IMG/VR virus record: IMGVR_UViG_3300011440_000005
Location: 1 to 53,348 of that record
DNA: 53,348 nucleotides
Origin: a virus
Direction: 5' to 3' (one strand)
The notes below the pieces were generated by a model, which worked only from the letters and a program-made list of their open reading frames with translations, did no database searches and was not told the origin of the DNA. Position numbers and translations under genes: made by a program. Below, one piece after another: positions 18,767 through 28,019 of this stretch (within the stretch, counting starts at the first letter, position 1; every line of letters starts with the position of its first letter).

Positions 18767-19977
18767 TGGCTTTGGTCAACGTCAACTCAGGCAACGAGGA
18801 AGGAATGCCCTCCGGTGGTTCGGGTGGCGGCTCGGGTGGGTCGGGTTCGCCCTCTGGTTCCGGTGGTGGGGGTGGCAAGAAAGACAAGAACCCAGCCCAG
18901 GAGGCGAGGCAGGGCGCATTCCGGGACATGATGGAGTTCAACCCTTGGCTGAAGATGCTTGGCCTTGGCTCGTTCATCCGCCAGTTGATACGGGACGGGG
19001 CACCTGGGTCGGAGATTCTCCAGGCGGTCAGGCAGACCAACCAGTACAAGCGTATGTTCCCCGGGATTGTTCGTGCGGACGGTACCCGCCCGTGGACGGA
19101 GTCGGAGTACCTCGCCCGGACTGAGGACTACCGCAATGTGCTACGGCAGTTCGGTATGTGGAAAGCCTCGCAGGATTCCCCAATGGATTACGTGTCCTTC
19201 TTCGATCTTGGGGTGGACCCCAACGAGTTGCAGGAGCGCCTGGTCCGCTACCGCACTTTGCAGCGTTCCAGCCAGGCGACGAAGGATGCCTTCTTCGTGT
19301 ACGCAGGGATGGACGTCGACGACGACACCTTGTACAAGGCGATGGTGAACCCGACGTTCCGTCAGGCTCTCCAGTTGCAGTACAACGAGCGTGTCGCTGG
19401 TGGCGAGTTCACCTACAACAAGTTCATCCGTAGAGCCACCCAGCAGGGCTTGAAGCGGGTGGCGAAACTGCTCAAAGATATGCAGACCCAGGGCCTGGTC
19501 ACCGGTCAGGTCATCTCCAAGTTGATGACCGTCGATCCTGATTTCGCTCAGAAGATCATGGGTTCCCTCTTCCAGGGTGGGCAGAAGCACGCTGGCCGCA
19601 TGCTCGACCTGGACGAGTTGATGTCCAGCTTCGACTTCGCCATCCTCGGTAGTGCCGCTCGGGAGGCAGGGCTGGAGTTGCCCACTAAGCAGCGCATCCA
19701 GGCGCTGGTGCAGTCGGGCATCAGCCGTGCCCAGGCTGCTCGTTCGTGGGCGCAGTTCTCATCTACCAGAGGACTGTTGCAGGGTGCTGCGCAGCGTGCT
19801 GGTTTGGATGGGTTCTCCCAGGACTTGTGGGAAGAGGCCACATTGCTGGCCCGTGGTGACGCTGTTACCAAGCTGAACCGTGTGATCGGCGGGGAGAATG
19901 CTCTCGGCCAAGAGGGCACAGGGTTCGCTTCTGACCTTGAGGGTGGACGCATCACACAGCGTGGTAGGGCGCTCTGA
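18766..19977 (+). CDS. Hypothetical structural protein with Gly/Ser-rich N-terminus (403 aa)
   Basis: TGATG overlap with the upstream ORF; last gene before a regulatory gap. Confidence 0.8.
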   Translation: MALVNVNSGNEEGMPSGGSGGGSGGSGSPSGSGGGGGKKDKNPAQEARQGAFRDMMEFNPWLKMLGLGSFIRQLIRDGAPGSEILQAVRQTNQYKRMFPGIVRADGTRPWTESEYLARTEDYRNVLRQFGMWKASQDSPMDYVSFFDLGVDPNELQERLVRYRTLQRSSQATKDAFFVYAGMDVDDDTLYKAMVNPTFRQALQLQYNERVAGGEFTYNKFIRRATQQGLKRVAKLLKDMQTQGLVTGQVISKLMTVDPDFAQKIMGSLFQGGQKHAGRMLDLDELMSSFDFAILGSAAREAGLELPTKQRIQALVQSGISRAQAARSWAQFSSTRGLLQGAAQRAGLDGFSQDLWEEATLLARGDAVTKLNRVIGGENALGQEGTGFASDLEGGRITQRGRAL

Positions 19978-20032
19978 AACTACAGTTTATCTGTAGTTCT
20001 GCGTTCCCACTGCTGCGTGAAACTACAGTTTT
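19975..20032 (+). promoter_or_regulatory. X-X'-X repeat element: tgaaactacagttt (x2, direct) with the inverted copy ctgtagtt between them
   Basis: aactacag 19978-19985, ctgtagtt 19991-19998, aactacag 20021-20028 followed by tttt. The middle arm can pair with either flanking copy. Confidence 0.45.
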
Positions 20033-20106
20033 AGTTGAGTTCGACTCCATTCTGAGGACACTCTGCGGGGGGTATGTGAGAACCCCTTCGGTTCCCCAGG
20101 CTTGAA

Positions 20107-20131
20107 GGGCGTAGGACAACTGGGCGTAGGA
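20107..20131 (+). repeat. Direct repeat gggcgtagga x2 (5-nt spacer); the second copy overlaps the SD of the scaffold-like gene
   Basis: 20107-20116 and 20122-20131 read directly. Confidence 0.5.
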
Positions 20132-20139
20132 GCGAAGAC

Positions 20140-20613
20140 ATGGCTGAAGTGCAGTTTGAGGAAGACCTCGACAAGGTCACTGGCGGTGAACTTCGCAAGC
20201 GGTATGAGGACACCCTCAAGACGCTTCGTGAGCGGGACAGTGAGGTAGCCCTCCTGCGGGCCGATAAGGTCATAAGGGATAACGGCTACACGCTTGCAGA
20301 CCCTCAGGCGCTTGTAGGTGTTGAGGCGAGTGAGTTGGAAGAGAAGGCCAGAGAGCTTCATGAAGCGAAGTGGTCGGATCAGACTTCCCTCATCCGTCGA
20401 CACTTTGAGAGCCAAGGCATGAGTGGCGAGGTTCTTGAAGATGCGGTTCGGAAGTTCGTGGACGGTGGAGAGACAACCGCTGGCACGACCTACACCGGGT
20501 TCGCACCGGTCATCCCCGAAGGGGTGCCAGTGGGAACAGTGCAAGCTGATGTGCATGGCTACGACGCCCTTTTGTTGGGTGTCCAGCAGGCAGAGAAGAA
20601 AGCACGCCGTTAA
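20140..20613 (+). CDS. Scaffolding-like protein (by position and composition)
   Basis: 157-aa acidic, helix-prone ORF immediately upstream of the capsid-like gene. Confidence 0.55.
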   Translation: MAEVQFEEDLDKVTGGELRKRYEDTLKTLRERDSEVALLRADKVIRDNGYTLADPQALVGVEASELEEKARELHEAKWSDQTSLIRRHFESQGMSGEVLEDAVRKFVDGGETTAGTTYTGFAPVIPEGVPVGTVQADVHGYDALLLGVQQAEKKARR

Positions 20614-20652
20614 CCGTCCCAGTACACCTACAACCTAAAGGAAATACAAGAC

Positions 20653-21609
20653 ATGCCTTCGGGAGCATTGACTCTTCTTGAGGGCCTCAAGTATTCCAAG
20701 AACGTGATGAAGCGTGGGGTGGTCGAAACGATCATCCAGGAATCTCCACTACTGGAGATGTTCCCTTTCATCGGGTTCCAGGGGAATGCCATCGAGGTCA
20801 ACGTTGAGGGTACGCTTCCGACTCCAGAGTTCCGGCGAGTCAATGAGACTTACACCCGGTCCTGGGGTTCGGACACTAAGCGTTTCTTCGGCGTGTCGAT
20901 CCTCGGTGGAGAGGTCTTCGTAGACAACTTCATCCTGAAGGTGGCTGCTTCGCCAGCGGATACTAAGGCCCGTCAGTGGGCCAAGTTCTCCAAGGCGATG
21001 GCACTCACTTTCGACAAGACAGCCATCGACGGCACAGGACTCGCAGAGGATTTCATGGGCTTGAACGCCCTGATCGCTGAGGGCCTGGGCCAAACCTACC
21101 CGACCGCTTCTACCGGTCTCGACCTCAACGCCGCTCTGGGCGCAGGGCTGGAAGCCCTTGACGAGGCCAAGGACTTGCTGCGGTCAAAGTCGACACCTGA
21201 CGCCCTGCTTCTGAACCGTCTGAACCGCAGACAGATCACCCAGGCTGCCCGCAACATTGCTGGACAGTTCTCCCTGATCGACATGGGTACTTCGGTTCTC
21301 GGTAAGCAGGTCAGCATGTACGACAGTGTGCCCATGCGGATCATCGGTGATGACCGTACCGGCACGGCAATCCTCGGGAACGATGAGACCTACCAGTCTG
21401 CTGGTTCTTCCACTTCGTCCATGTACTTCATCGCTTTCGGCGCTGAAGAGAACGTGAGTGGTATCTCCGGTGCTGGCGGGTCGCTGGACGTTCACGACTT
21501 CGGTGAGACTGAGGCTGCTCCAGGGCACCTGGGTCGAGTCGAGTGGTACCCCGGTATCGCAGTGTACGACCCGTTCTCCCTGGTCCGTATTCCTGGAGTT
21601 CTTCCCTAA
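20653..21609 (+). CDS. Major capsid protein (by position and size)
   Basis: 318-aa ORF after the scaffold-like gene; a strong hairpin follows the next small gene. Confidence 0.65.
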   Translation: MPSGALTLLEGLKYSKNVMKRGVVETIIQESPLLEMFPFIGFQGNAIEVNVEGTLPTPEFRRVNETYTRSWGSDTKRFFGVSILGGEVFVDNFILKVAASPADTKARQWAKFSKAMALTFDKTAIDGTGLAEDFMGLNALIAEGLGQTYPTASTGLDLNAALGAGLEALDEAKDLLRSKSTPDALLLNRLNRRQITQAARNIAGQFSLIDMGTSVLGKQVSMYDSVPMRIIGDDRTGTAILGNDETYQSAGSSTSSMYFIAFGAEENVSGISGAGGSLDVHDFGETEAAPGHLGRVEWYPGIAVYDPFSLVRIPGVLP

Positions 21610-21621
21610 GGGAGGTGAATT

Positions 21622-22029
21622 ATGGCTCAAGCAACACTTACTCCGGGTCCAGGGACAGTCGTCCAGGACGCCCTAGAACCGGTTCTGCACAATGCCGTCG
21701 TGACCACCACCTCCAACGGGGCGTGGGTCGAAGTAGCCTTCCCCGAGAAGGTCCAGGCGGTCGTCACACTCGGTGTGATCGACGCTGGCGTGACCGCCTT
21801 CGACATTCTGGTGCAGGGGGCGGATGACGCTGGCGGCACCAACACGGTGACCTACGGTCGTATGGGTGCGATCACAGGAGCGTCAGACGGGCAGACCCGT
21901 CAGATGCCCACGAACATCCTGAAGCGGTACGTCCGTGTGGGTTTCGTTCAGGCGGGGGCGGGCAACGTCAACGTCTACGCCACGCTCCGTCCGTTCAACT
22001 GGAAGTGGAACAACACGTCAACGGCGTGA
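21622..22029 (+). CDS. Hypothetical head-associated protein
   Basis: 135-aa ORF with GGGAGG RBS directly after the capsid-like gene. Confidence 0.65.
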   Translation: MAQATLTPGPGTVVQDALEPVLHNAVVTTTSNGAWVEVAFPEKVQAVVTLGVIDAGVTAFDILVQGADDAGGTNTVTYGRMGAITGASDGQTRQMPTNILKRYVRVGFVQAGAGNVNVYATLRPFNWKWNNTSTA

Positions 22030-22035
22030 CCGATC

Positions 22036-22080
22036 CTTCGGAAGAGGTGGAGACTACAATTCTAGTCTCCACCTCCGAAG
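22036..22080 (+). terminator. Strong hairpin after the capsid module
   Basis: cttcgg-aaga-ggtggagacta / tagtctccacc-t-ccgaag: 11 bp plus 6 bp with a bulge; no clear U-tract. Confidence 0.55.
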
Positions 22081-22152
22081 AAGATTGGGTCACTCCGTTT
22101 GGTACCTTCAAACTTGTCATTCGGGCTGAAGGTAGAAAGGTTTCTAAAGACA

Positions 22153-22536
22153 ATGGTTGACAAGAATCTCCAATCTGAGCTTGCTCGGGTTCTGAGAAGC
22201 CAGTTCATCGCTGGTCCTGAACGCACTGCTCGTGACCTTGCGGCTGTGTTGGCTTCCTGGGCTGACGGTGTCCTCAATGCGGACGTCGTCGAGGTAGAAG
22301 CCGAGGCTCTGCCAGGACCGTCCGAAGAGCAGCTTGCTGCTGAGCAGGCCACCCGTGAGAACAACGCTCGGGTAGCTGAGCAAGACCTGGCACTTCAGGC
22401 TGTCGAGCAGGGTGTCGTGGACGTCGTTGTGACCGACGACGAAGACGATGACTCTGACGACGATGAGGTCGAGGAAGAGACAGTCGAAGAGGCTCCGAAG
22501 CCCAGTCGGCGCTCCGCTAAGAGCAATGGCGCTTAA
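22153..22536 (+). CDS. Hypothetical protein with poly-acidic C-terminal region
   Basis: ATG 22153 preferred over TTG 22099; DDEDDDSDDDEVEEE tract. Confidence 0.6.
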   Translation: MVDKNLQSELARVLRSQFIAGPERTARDLAAVLASWADGVLNADVVEVEAEALPGPSEEQLAAEQATRENNARVAEQDLALQAVEQGVVDVVVTDDEDDDSDDDEVEEETVEEAPKPSRRSAKSNGA

Positions 22537-22876
22537 CGACACAGCCAAGAATGCGATGCTCACGGAGTTGGGCACGCTGGTGACCCACCTGAGTCTCCAC
22601 TCGGGTACGGAAGGTTCAGGCTCGGGTAACGAGTTGACCGGTGGGTCACCAGCTTACGCACGCCAGGCCGTCACCTGGGGCACCGCTGCTTCGGGTTCCA
22701 TGGCGATGACAGGCACTGAGACTTGGGACCTTCCTGCGTCGACTGTGTCCCGTGTCGGCTTGTTCTCGGCGGTCACAGCGGGCACCTTCTACGGTGACGG
22801 CAACCTGACTGACGAAGTGTTCGCTGGTCAAGGTCAGTATCAGCTAACCGCTCTCACCCTTTCGATCACAGGCTAG
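22526..22876 (+). CDS. Hypothetical small virion protein
   Basis: ATG 22526 (MALNDTAKNAML...), 116 aa; overlaps the upstream gene by 11 nt. Confidence 0.65.
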   Translation: MALNDTAKNAMLTELGTLVTHLSLHSGTEGSGSGNELTGGSPAYARQAVTWGTAASGSMAMTGTETWDLPASTVSRVGLFSAVTAGTFYGDGNLTDEVFAGQGQYQLTALTLSITG

Positions 22877-22896
22877 TCGCCTAGCGGTGTAAGCCA

Positions 22897-24471
22897 ATGG
22901 CTATCACCGCCGACCACGCAACCTACGCTGGTGCGGGGTCTGCGACCAATGCTGCCTCCTATACCACTGGTTCACAGACCCCTGTAGCGGGCGACCGTGT
23001 CCTGGTTGCCGTAGGATCAGGGGTCACCTCGGGTACCCCCAACACCCCCACCATCGTCGGCAACGGGCAAACCTGGAATCAGATTGGTGTCATTGGTGTC
23101 GGCACTCACAAGCTCACCTTGTTTGAGTGCCTGGTTGCTTCCCCCTCGGCGGGCACCTGCGCCATTGCTTTCGGTGGTCAAACCCAGCTTCGTGCTGCCT
23201 GGTCTTTCGTTGGGTTCCGTTCCGGGCTGGGCACCATTACCCTCGGCACGGCAGCCACCAACTCGGGCACGAGTACCGGTGCTTCGGTGGTCATCACTGA
23301 TCCCGGTGGTGGAGATGGGGTCTTTGCTGCCTCGTACAAAGCTCAGACGGGCAACTTCTCCGCTAAGGACGCCAACTACACGCAGGCCGACCAGGTGTCG
23401 GCTGGAGGTGAGGCAGGCCACCTCAACACCCAGTACCTGATTAACTCGGTTTCCGACCTTACCGCCAACTGGACCATTTCCGCTTCTGTTGCTTGGGCTG
23501 CTTCCGGTGTGGTGCTGCTGGAGCCTAGCGGGCCGGTCACCGGCTCCGGTGCAATCTCCAACGGGCACACTGTCTCCGCTTCCGGCAAGAAGATAGGCAA
23601 GGGAAGTGCGACATTGTCGCACCCACACACTGTCACCCCTGCCGGTAAGAAGATCGGTAAGGGAAGCGTCACTGTCTCCCATCCTCACACGGTCGTTGCT
23701 TCCGGTACCGAGGTTATCGGTGGACCCTCCACCATCACTCATGGTCACACGGTCAACGCCACCGGTCGAAAGCTCGGGCGGGGTTCTTGCACTGTCAGCA
23801 ATGGTCAGACGGTTTCCCCAACGGGGAGGAAGATCGGTAAGAGCAGTGCAACCATCTCCCACCCCCACACGGTCTCGCCTGCTGGAAGGAAGGTCGGCCA
23901 GGGCAGTGCAACGATATCGCACCCACACACCGTCGTCCCTGCCGGACGAAAGCTTGGCCGGTCTTCGACCACGATTCCCCATGGTCATACCGTCGTCGCT
24001 GATGGTGCCCCAGTCGGAGCTATCCCTTCTGGTAGTTCGACGATCACTCATGGTCATACCGTCAATGCCACAGGACAGAAGATCGGTAAAGGTTCCGGCA
24101 CCATATCCAACGGCCAGACGGCCACACCTACGGGGAGGAAGATTGGCACAGGCTCAACGACTGTATCGCATGGTCAGGGTGTTGTCCCAGCCGGTAAGAA
24201 GATCGGCAAGAGTTCAGCCACCGTATCCCACGGTCACACCGTTAGTGCCTCGGGCGTCGGTATCGCAATCCCCTCGGGTTCCACGTCGATCACTCACCCC
24301 CATGGTGTGGTGGCTGCGGGGAGGAAACTAGCAAGTGGCACAGCCACGATCACACATCCTTCAGCCGTTGGTCCCACGGGTGGCCCGGTGTTTACGGGAC
24401 AGAGGGTTGGCCCTCTTGCGTTGCGTGTTGCCTTGCAGACCAGGGCATATAGGAGTAGGTGGCGTCGGTGA
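22897..24471 (+). CDS. Fibre/spike-like protein with 14 tandem 20-aa His-rich repeats
   Basis: N-terminal 215-aa domain, then repeats of consensus GS.T(I/V)SHPHTV.P.GRKIGK (23542-24384), then a basic C-terminal tail. Confidence 0.8.
   Translation: MAITADHATYAGAGSATNAASYTTGSQTPVAGDRVLVAVGSGVTSGTPNTPTIVGNGQTWNQIGVIGVGTHKLTLFECLVASPSAGTCAIAFGGQTQLRAAWSFVGFRSGLGTITLGTAATNSGTSTGASVVITDPGGGDGVFAASYKAQTGNFSAKDANYTQADQVSAGGEAGHLNTQYLINSVSDLTANWTISASVAWAASGVVLLEPSGPVTGSGAISNGHTVSASGKKIGKGSATLSHPHTVTPAGKKIGKGSVTVSHPHTVVASGTEVIGGPSTITHGHTVNATGRKLGRGSCTVSNGQTVSPTGRKIGKSSATISHPHTVSPAGRKVGQGSATISHPHTVVPAGRKLGRSSTTIPHGHTVVADGAPVGAIPSGSSTITHGHTVNATGQKIGKGSGTISNGQTATPTGRKIGTGSTTVSHGQGVVPAGKKIGKSSATVSHGHTVSASGVGIAIPSGSTSITHPHGVVAAGRKLASGTATITHPSAVGPTGGPVFTGQRVGPLALRVALQTRAYRSRWRR
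23542..24384 (+). repeat. In-frame tandem repeat array, about 14 x 60 nt (some units 66-69 nt)
   Basis: Periodicity visible in the translated ORF; explains the long antisense shadow ORF 23017..24057. Confidence 0.85.
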
Positions 24472-24495
24472 ACTACAGACTATGGGCGGTAAGTG

Positions 24496-25392
24496 ATGGC
24501 TTCGATCACCCTTGATGAACTTGTCGACGAGGCGCTGTCCAGGCTTCTTCGTTTAGGTGAGCGCCCCAAGCGGGTGATTATGGGCGTCAGTGCGCTCACC
24601 TCTTCCCCAACGGACACCACGTTCACGTTGACCGACACTTTGGGGGTGAACGTGTCGGATGTGCTGGAGTTCGGGGATGAGCTTCTCCTGGTCACAGCCA
24701 AATCCACTGCCGCTGACCCTGTTTACACGGCGTCCCGTGCCTACCTGGGTACACCTATCGGCACTCACGCCACCAACGCTGAAGGTGTGGTCAACCCGCC
24801 TTACGGTCGCATGGAGGTCACCAAGTGGGTGCTGCGTGCCTTCTCCGGGCCTTTAAACGCCTATGTGCCCTACGTTGTGAGTGACGCTCTCTTCCGTGTC
24901 ACAGCCAACCAGTACATCTTGATGCCTGAGGGCACCATCCAAGTGTACGAGGTGCGACATTTCACCCCGGTCAGCGGACGCATCGTCGACATTGGAGGCT
25001 GGCGATTTGAACGGCGCATGCCCACTGCGATCATCACCACAGGGTTGGCGCTGCGGTTGCCGGTGAACATCCTCGACGACGACGAACTGATCGTCACCTA
25101 CCAGTTGGATTGGACCGAAGCGTGGGTGGGTGAAACCGTCGAGCTTCCCACGGGTGCCGACGACCTGCCGGTCCTGTTCGCTGTCGCTTATGGGGTGGCC
25201 GGTCGTGAAGTGTCACGCTCCGAGTTGGATCGTATAGAAGAGTGGAACCAGGAGCAGGCTATCCGTGCGGGTGTGAACCTGCGGTTGCTGTCTGCCTTGT
25301 GGAACGACTTCTACCGGCGCATAGACGAAGTGCAACGCACCCAGTTTGTGCCCCGCCTGAGGATATTCCGCAAGATGCCTAAGGTTCGTTAG
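24496..25392 (+). CDS. Hypothetical tail/adaptor-region protein
   Basis: 299-aa ORF (GTG 24493 or ATG 24496); stop overlaps the next start. Confidence 0.75.
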   Translation: MASITLDELVDEALSRLLRLGERPKRVIMGVSALTSSPTDTTFTLTDTLGVNVSDVLEFGDELLLVTAKSTAADPVYTASRAYLGTPIGTHATNAEGVVNPPYGRMEVTKWVLRAFSGPLNAYVPYVVSDALFRVTANQYILMPEGTIQVYEVRHFTPVSGRIVDIGGWRFERRMPTAIITTGLALRLPVNILDDDELIVTYQLDWTEAWVGETVELPTGADDLPVLFAVAYGVAGREVSRSELDRIEEWNQEQAIRAGVNLRLLSALWNDFYRRIDEVQRTQFVPRLRIFRKMPKVR

Positions 25393-27995
25393 TGCCTAGC
25401 TTCGGCTCTTTAGGCACTGAAACTCTCGGTGAACCCACACTAGGTGGTTGGGGGTTCTTCGACCTTCCCGAAGTGAACGTCACCTCGGTGACTGCCACTA
25501 CCGGTCCCACTGTCACTGTCAACTGGACCTACTCCCAAGCTCAGGGTGCCCCGCAGGTGCTGTACCGGGTGGCGTTGCAGGACACCAGCATCGGGGGCAA
25601 CCCTGTGTTCTACGAGTCCGGCTGGCTGTCGGGTGCGATCACCTCCTATGAGATTGACGTGGTCGCCTTGGAGTACGGCGGGTTCTTGGACGCTGGTGGG
25701 TACGACGACCAGACGTTCCCCCAGGCGGTCGTGCAGGTCGCCACCTGGGCTGACTCTTCGCTGGTTGACACCATCGAGTCGTTGGAGGACACGCTCGCTT
25801 TCAACGTCGACTGGGGGCAGCCGACTGTCACCATCACCTCCCCGGTGTCGGGGTCCGTGGTGGAAACCTCCCCGCTCACGGTGACCTGGAACTACTCGGA
25901 CAGTGACGCTTTAGCTCAGGGTTCGTTCCGTGTGAAACTGATCGGACCTGACTCGGGTGTCGTCTTATACGACTCGGGTTACATCGTTTCCGCTGGCACC
26001 TCGCACCTCATCAACTTCCAGTTGCTTGATGATGTCACCTACGAGGTGGAGGTTGAGGCCCGCAACGTCGAGAGTGCCCCAGGGTTCGACACCAACTTGT
26101 TCCAGGTGTCCCTTGAGGACGTCATCAACTACACCCCTTCGTCGGCTGTCGGTCCCATCTACGACATTGGCATCAACGGTGTCGGCTACATACTGGCTGA
26201 CAACCCGGAGAAGACCATCGAGTATCGGCGTGGCACTTTGAGCTTGGACCCGCAGCGTTTCGCTGACGGCTCCACAGAGTTCTACCGCAACATCGAACGC
26301 TACTGGATTCAACCTCAAGGTGATTTCTCCGGTGGCGCAGGGCAGAAGTTCATGGACAGGGACAGATCAGACCGTTCCAAGTTCTACCTGTCGGAGGATT
26401 TGGACCCGTTCACGGTGACCGGGGAGATGAAACCTGTTCTCGGTTGGCGCAACTATTTGGCGTCCACACCTGACGGGTTGGCGACGGTTGTGGGCGACTA
26501 CATATTTGTAGCCACGACCACTTCGGCTATCGCCTACAACAACGACGGGTTGCCTAACGGTGGGGGTGGAACCTGGACAACTCTCTCTACTATTGCGGAC
26601 ACCACTGGCACGATTCCCGCCATTGAGGACATGACATCGGACGGGAAGTCATGGTATATCGCCACCGGTCGGTCGATCATCCGAGGGCTACTCGCTTCCC
26701 CTGGTGCTGACTGGACCGCTAACGATGCGACCCGGGTGAAGTGGGCGGCTGGTCGTATCTGCGCTGCGGTCAAGTCGGGTACGTCCACCACAGGCAACAA
26801 CTTCATCACTTACACCGACAGTGGCACCGCTGAAGCCACCCACCTGTCATTGCCGGAGAACTGGACGATTGAACTGGGTGGCACCGCTGGTGGCTTCTTC
26901 TATTTCGCTGCCTACGCTGGAACCCAAGGCTCAGTGTACGCCTGGAAGCTCGGGTTGGACGAAGGAGGCCAGCCTTTCATTCCGTTCATCGCCTGGGATT
27001 TGCCTCGTGGTCTCATCCCTATCGGCATCGGAGCGGAAGGCGACCAGGTGTGGGTCCGCACCTACCAGCCTGAAGGGAGCGGCTCGGGTGCCCAACGCTT
27101 GTACCGTGGCGTGCCCGGGCAGGACGGGAACCTCACCCCGTTCCTGATAGCGAACCTGCCTGTCCTCGACGTGATTCGCCGGTCGGGGATCACCTCGATA
27201 GGCGACATCGTGTTCGTCGGTGGTCCTGCTGCTGCCTCCGACGAAGGCGTGATCGGTGCCGTGTCCCTGACGACCGGTGGGTACACCACCTGGTTTAAAC
27301 GTCTACGTCCTTGGGCTGTGGTGGCCTGGCAGGGCCAGCTTGCACAGGTCACTACGGGCGCTGGGTTGTATGTGCAGGACGGCAACGCCTCCCCTGACCT
27401 GACACCTGTCCCGTGGATCAACTTCTCGATCGTCGACGGCAACAGTGTGTTGGACAAAGTGTTTGACACGGTGACGTTGGCTACGAGGCCGCTGACGGCA
27501 GGCCAGTCGATAGCTATTTACACGTCGACCGACCAGGGCGACTCCTACCAGTTGTTGGCGACCATGTCTGGTGCGGGCTTGACGAAGCAGTCGTTCCCGG
27601 TGATGAAGAAAGCTGAGTCGTTGGGGATCAGACTCCAGTTCACCGGTAGCCCCACATTGCAGTTCATGCAGTTGCGTTTCCACCAGTTGGGTTTGGCTGA
27701 CTCGATTGTGGTGGTTCCTATCGCCTGCTCAGACAACCTGTCGGGCAACAACGGTGCCGCTCTCGCTGAGAACGGCCCGGGTGTGGGGCAACGGAGGGCA
27801 CGCACTTTGGAGCAGTTGTCCCAGCAGAGAGTGCTGTTCCAGGATGTGGACTTCCCGTGGACTGGCTCCGCTGAGGTGTACGAGCTTGTGAACACTGAAA
27901 CCATCTCCACTGTGGGCATGCCTGAAGCCCGGTTGGGCCATAAGAACTGGTCTCTGATCGTGGCTGTGACCCTCCGCAAAGTGGGAACAGTCTGA
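25392..27995 (+). CDS. Large tail-region structural protein (867 aa)
   Basis: GTG start overlapping the upstream stop (TAGTG); beta-rich composition; function unassigned. Confidence 0.8.
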   Translation: MPSFGSLGTETLGEPTLGGWGFFDLPEVNVTSVTATTGPTVTVNWTYSQAQGAPQVLYRVALQDTSIGGNPVFYESGWLSGAITSYEIDVVALEYGGFLDAGGYDDQTFPQAVVQVATWADSSLVDTIESLEDTLAFNVDWGQPTVTITSPVSGSVVETSPLTVTWNYSDSDALAQGSFRVKLIGPDSGVVLYDSGYIVSAGTSHLINFQLLDDVTYEVEVEARNVESAPGFDTNLFQVSLEDVINYTPSSAVGPIYDIGINGVGYILADNPEKTIEYRRGTLSLDPQRFADGSTEFYRNIERYWIQPQGDFSGGAGQKFMDRDRSDRSKFYLSEDLDPFTVTGEMKPVLGWRNYLASTPDGLATVVGDYIFVATTTSAIAYNNDGLPNGGGGTWTTLSTIADTTGTIPAIEDMTSDGKSWYIATGRSIIRGLLASPGADWTANDATRVKWAAGRICAAVKSGTSTTGNNFITYTDSGTAEATHLSLPENWTIELGGTAGGFFYFAAYAGTQGSVYAWKLGLDEGGQPFIPFIAWDLPRGLIPIGIGAEGDQVWVRTYQPEGSGSGAQRLYRGVPGQDGNLTPFLIANLPVLDVIRRSGITSIGDIVFVGGPAAASDEGVIGAVSLTTGGYTTWFKRLRPWAVVAWQGQLAQVTTGAGLYVQDGNASPDLTPVPWINFSIVDGNSVLDKVFDTVTLATRPLTAGQSIAIYTSTDQGDSYQLLATMSGAGLTKQSFPVMKKAESLGIRLQFTGSPTLQFMQLRFHQLGLADSIVVVPIACSDNLSGNNGAALAENGPGVGQRRARTLEQLSQQRVLFQDVDFPWTGSAEVYELVNTETISTVGMPEARLGHKNWSLIVAVTLRKVGTV

Positions 27996-28019
27996 GAACA
28001 GTTTGGGGGCGGTATAGGT

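Noticed and set aside
23542-24384. Regular 60-nt periodic repeats that could be mistaken for a CRISPR array or a DGR variable region
   Set aside because: The repeats are contiguous with no spacers, in frame inside a long ORF, and diverged. No cas genes or reverse transcriptase are present in the genome.
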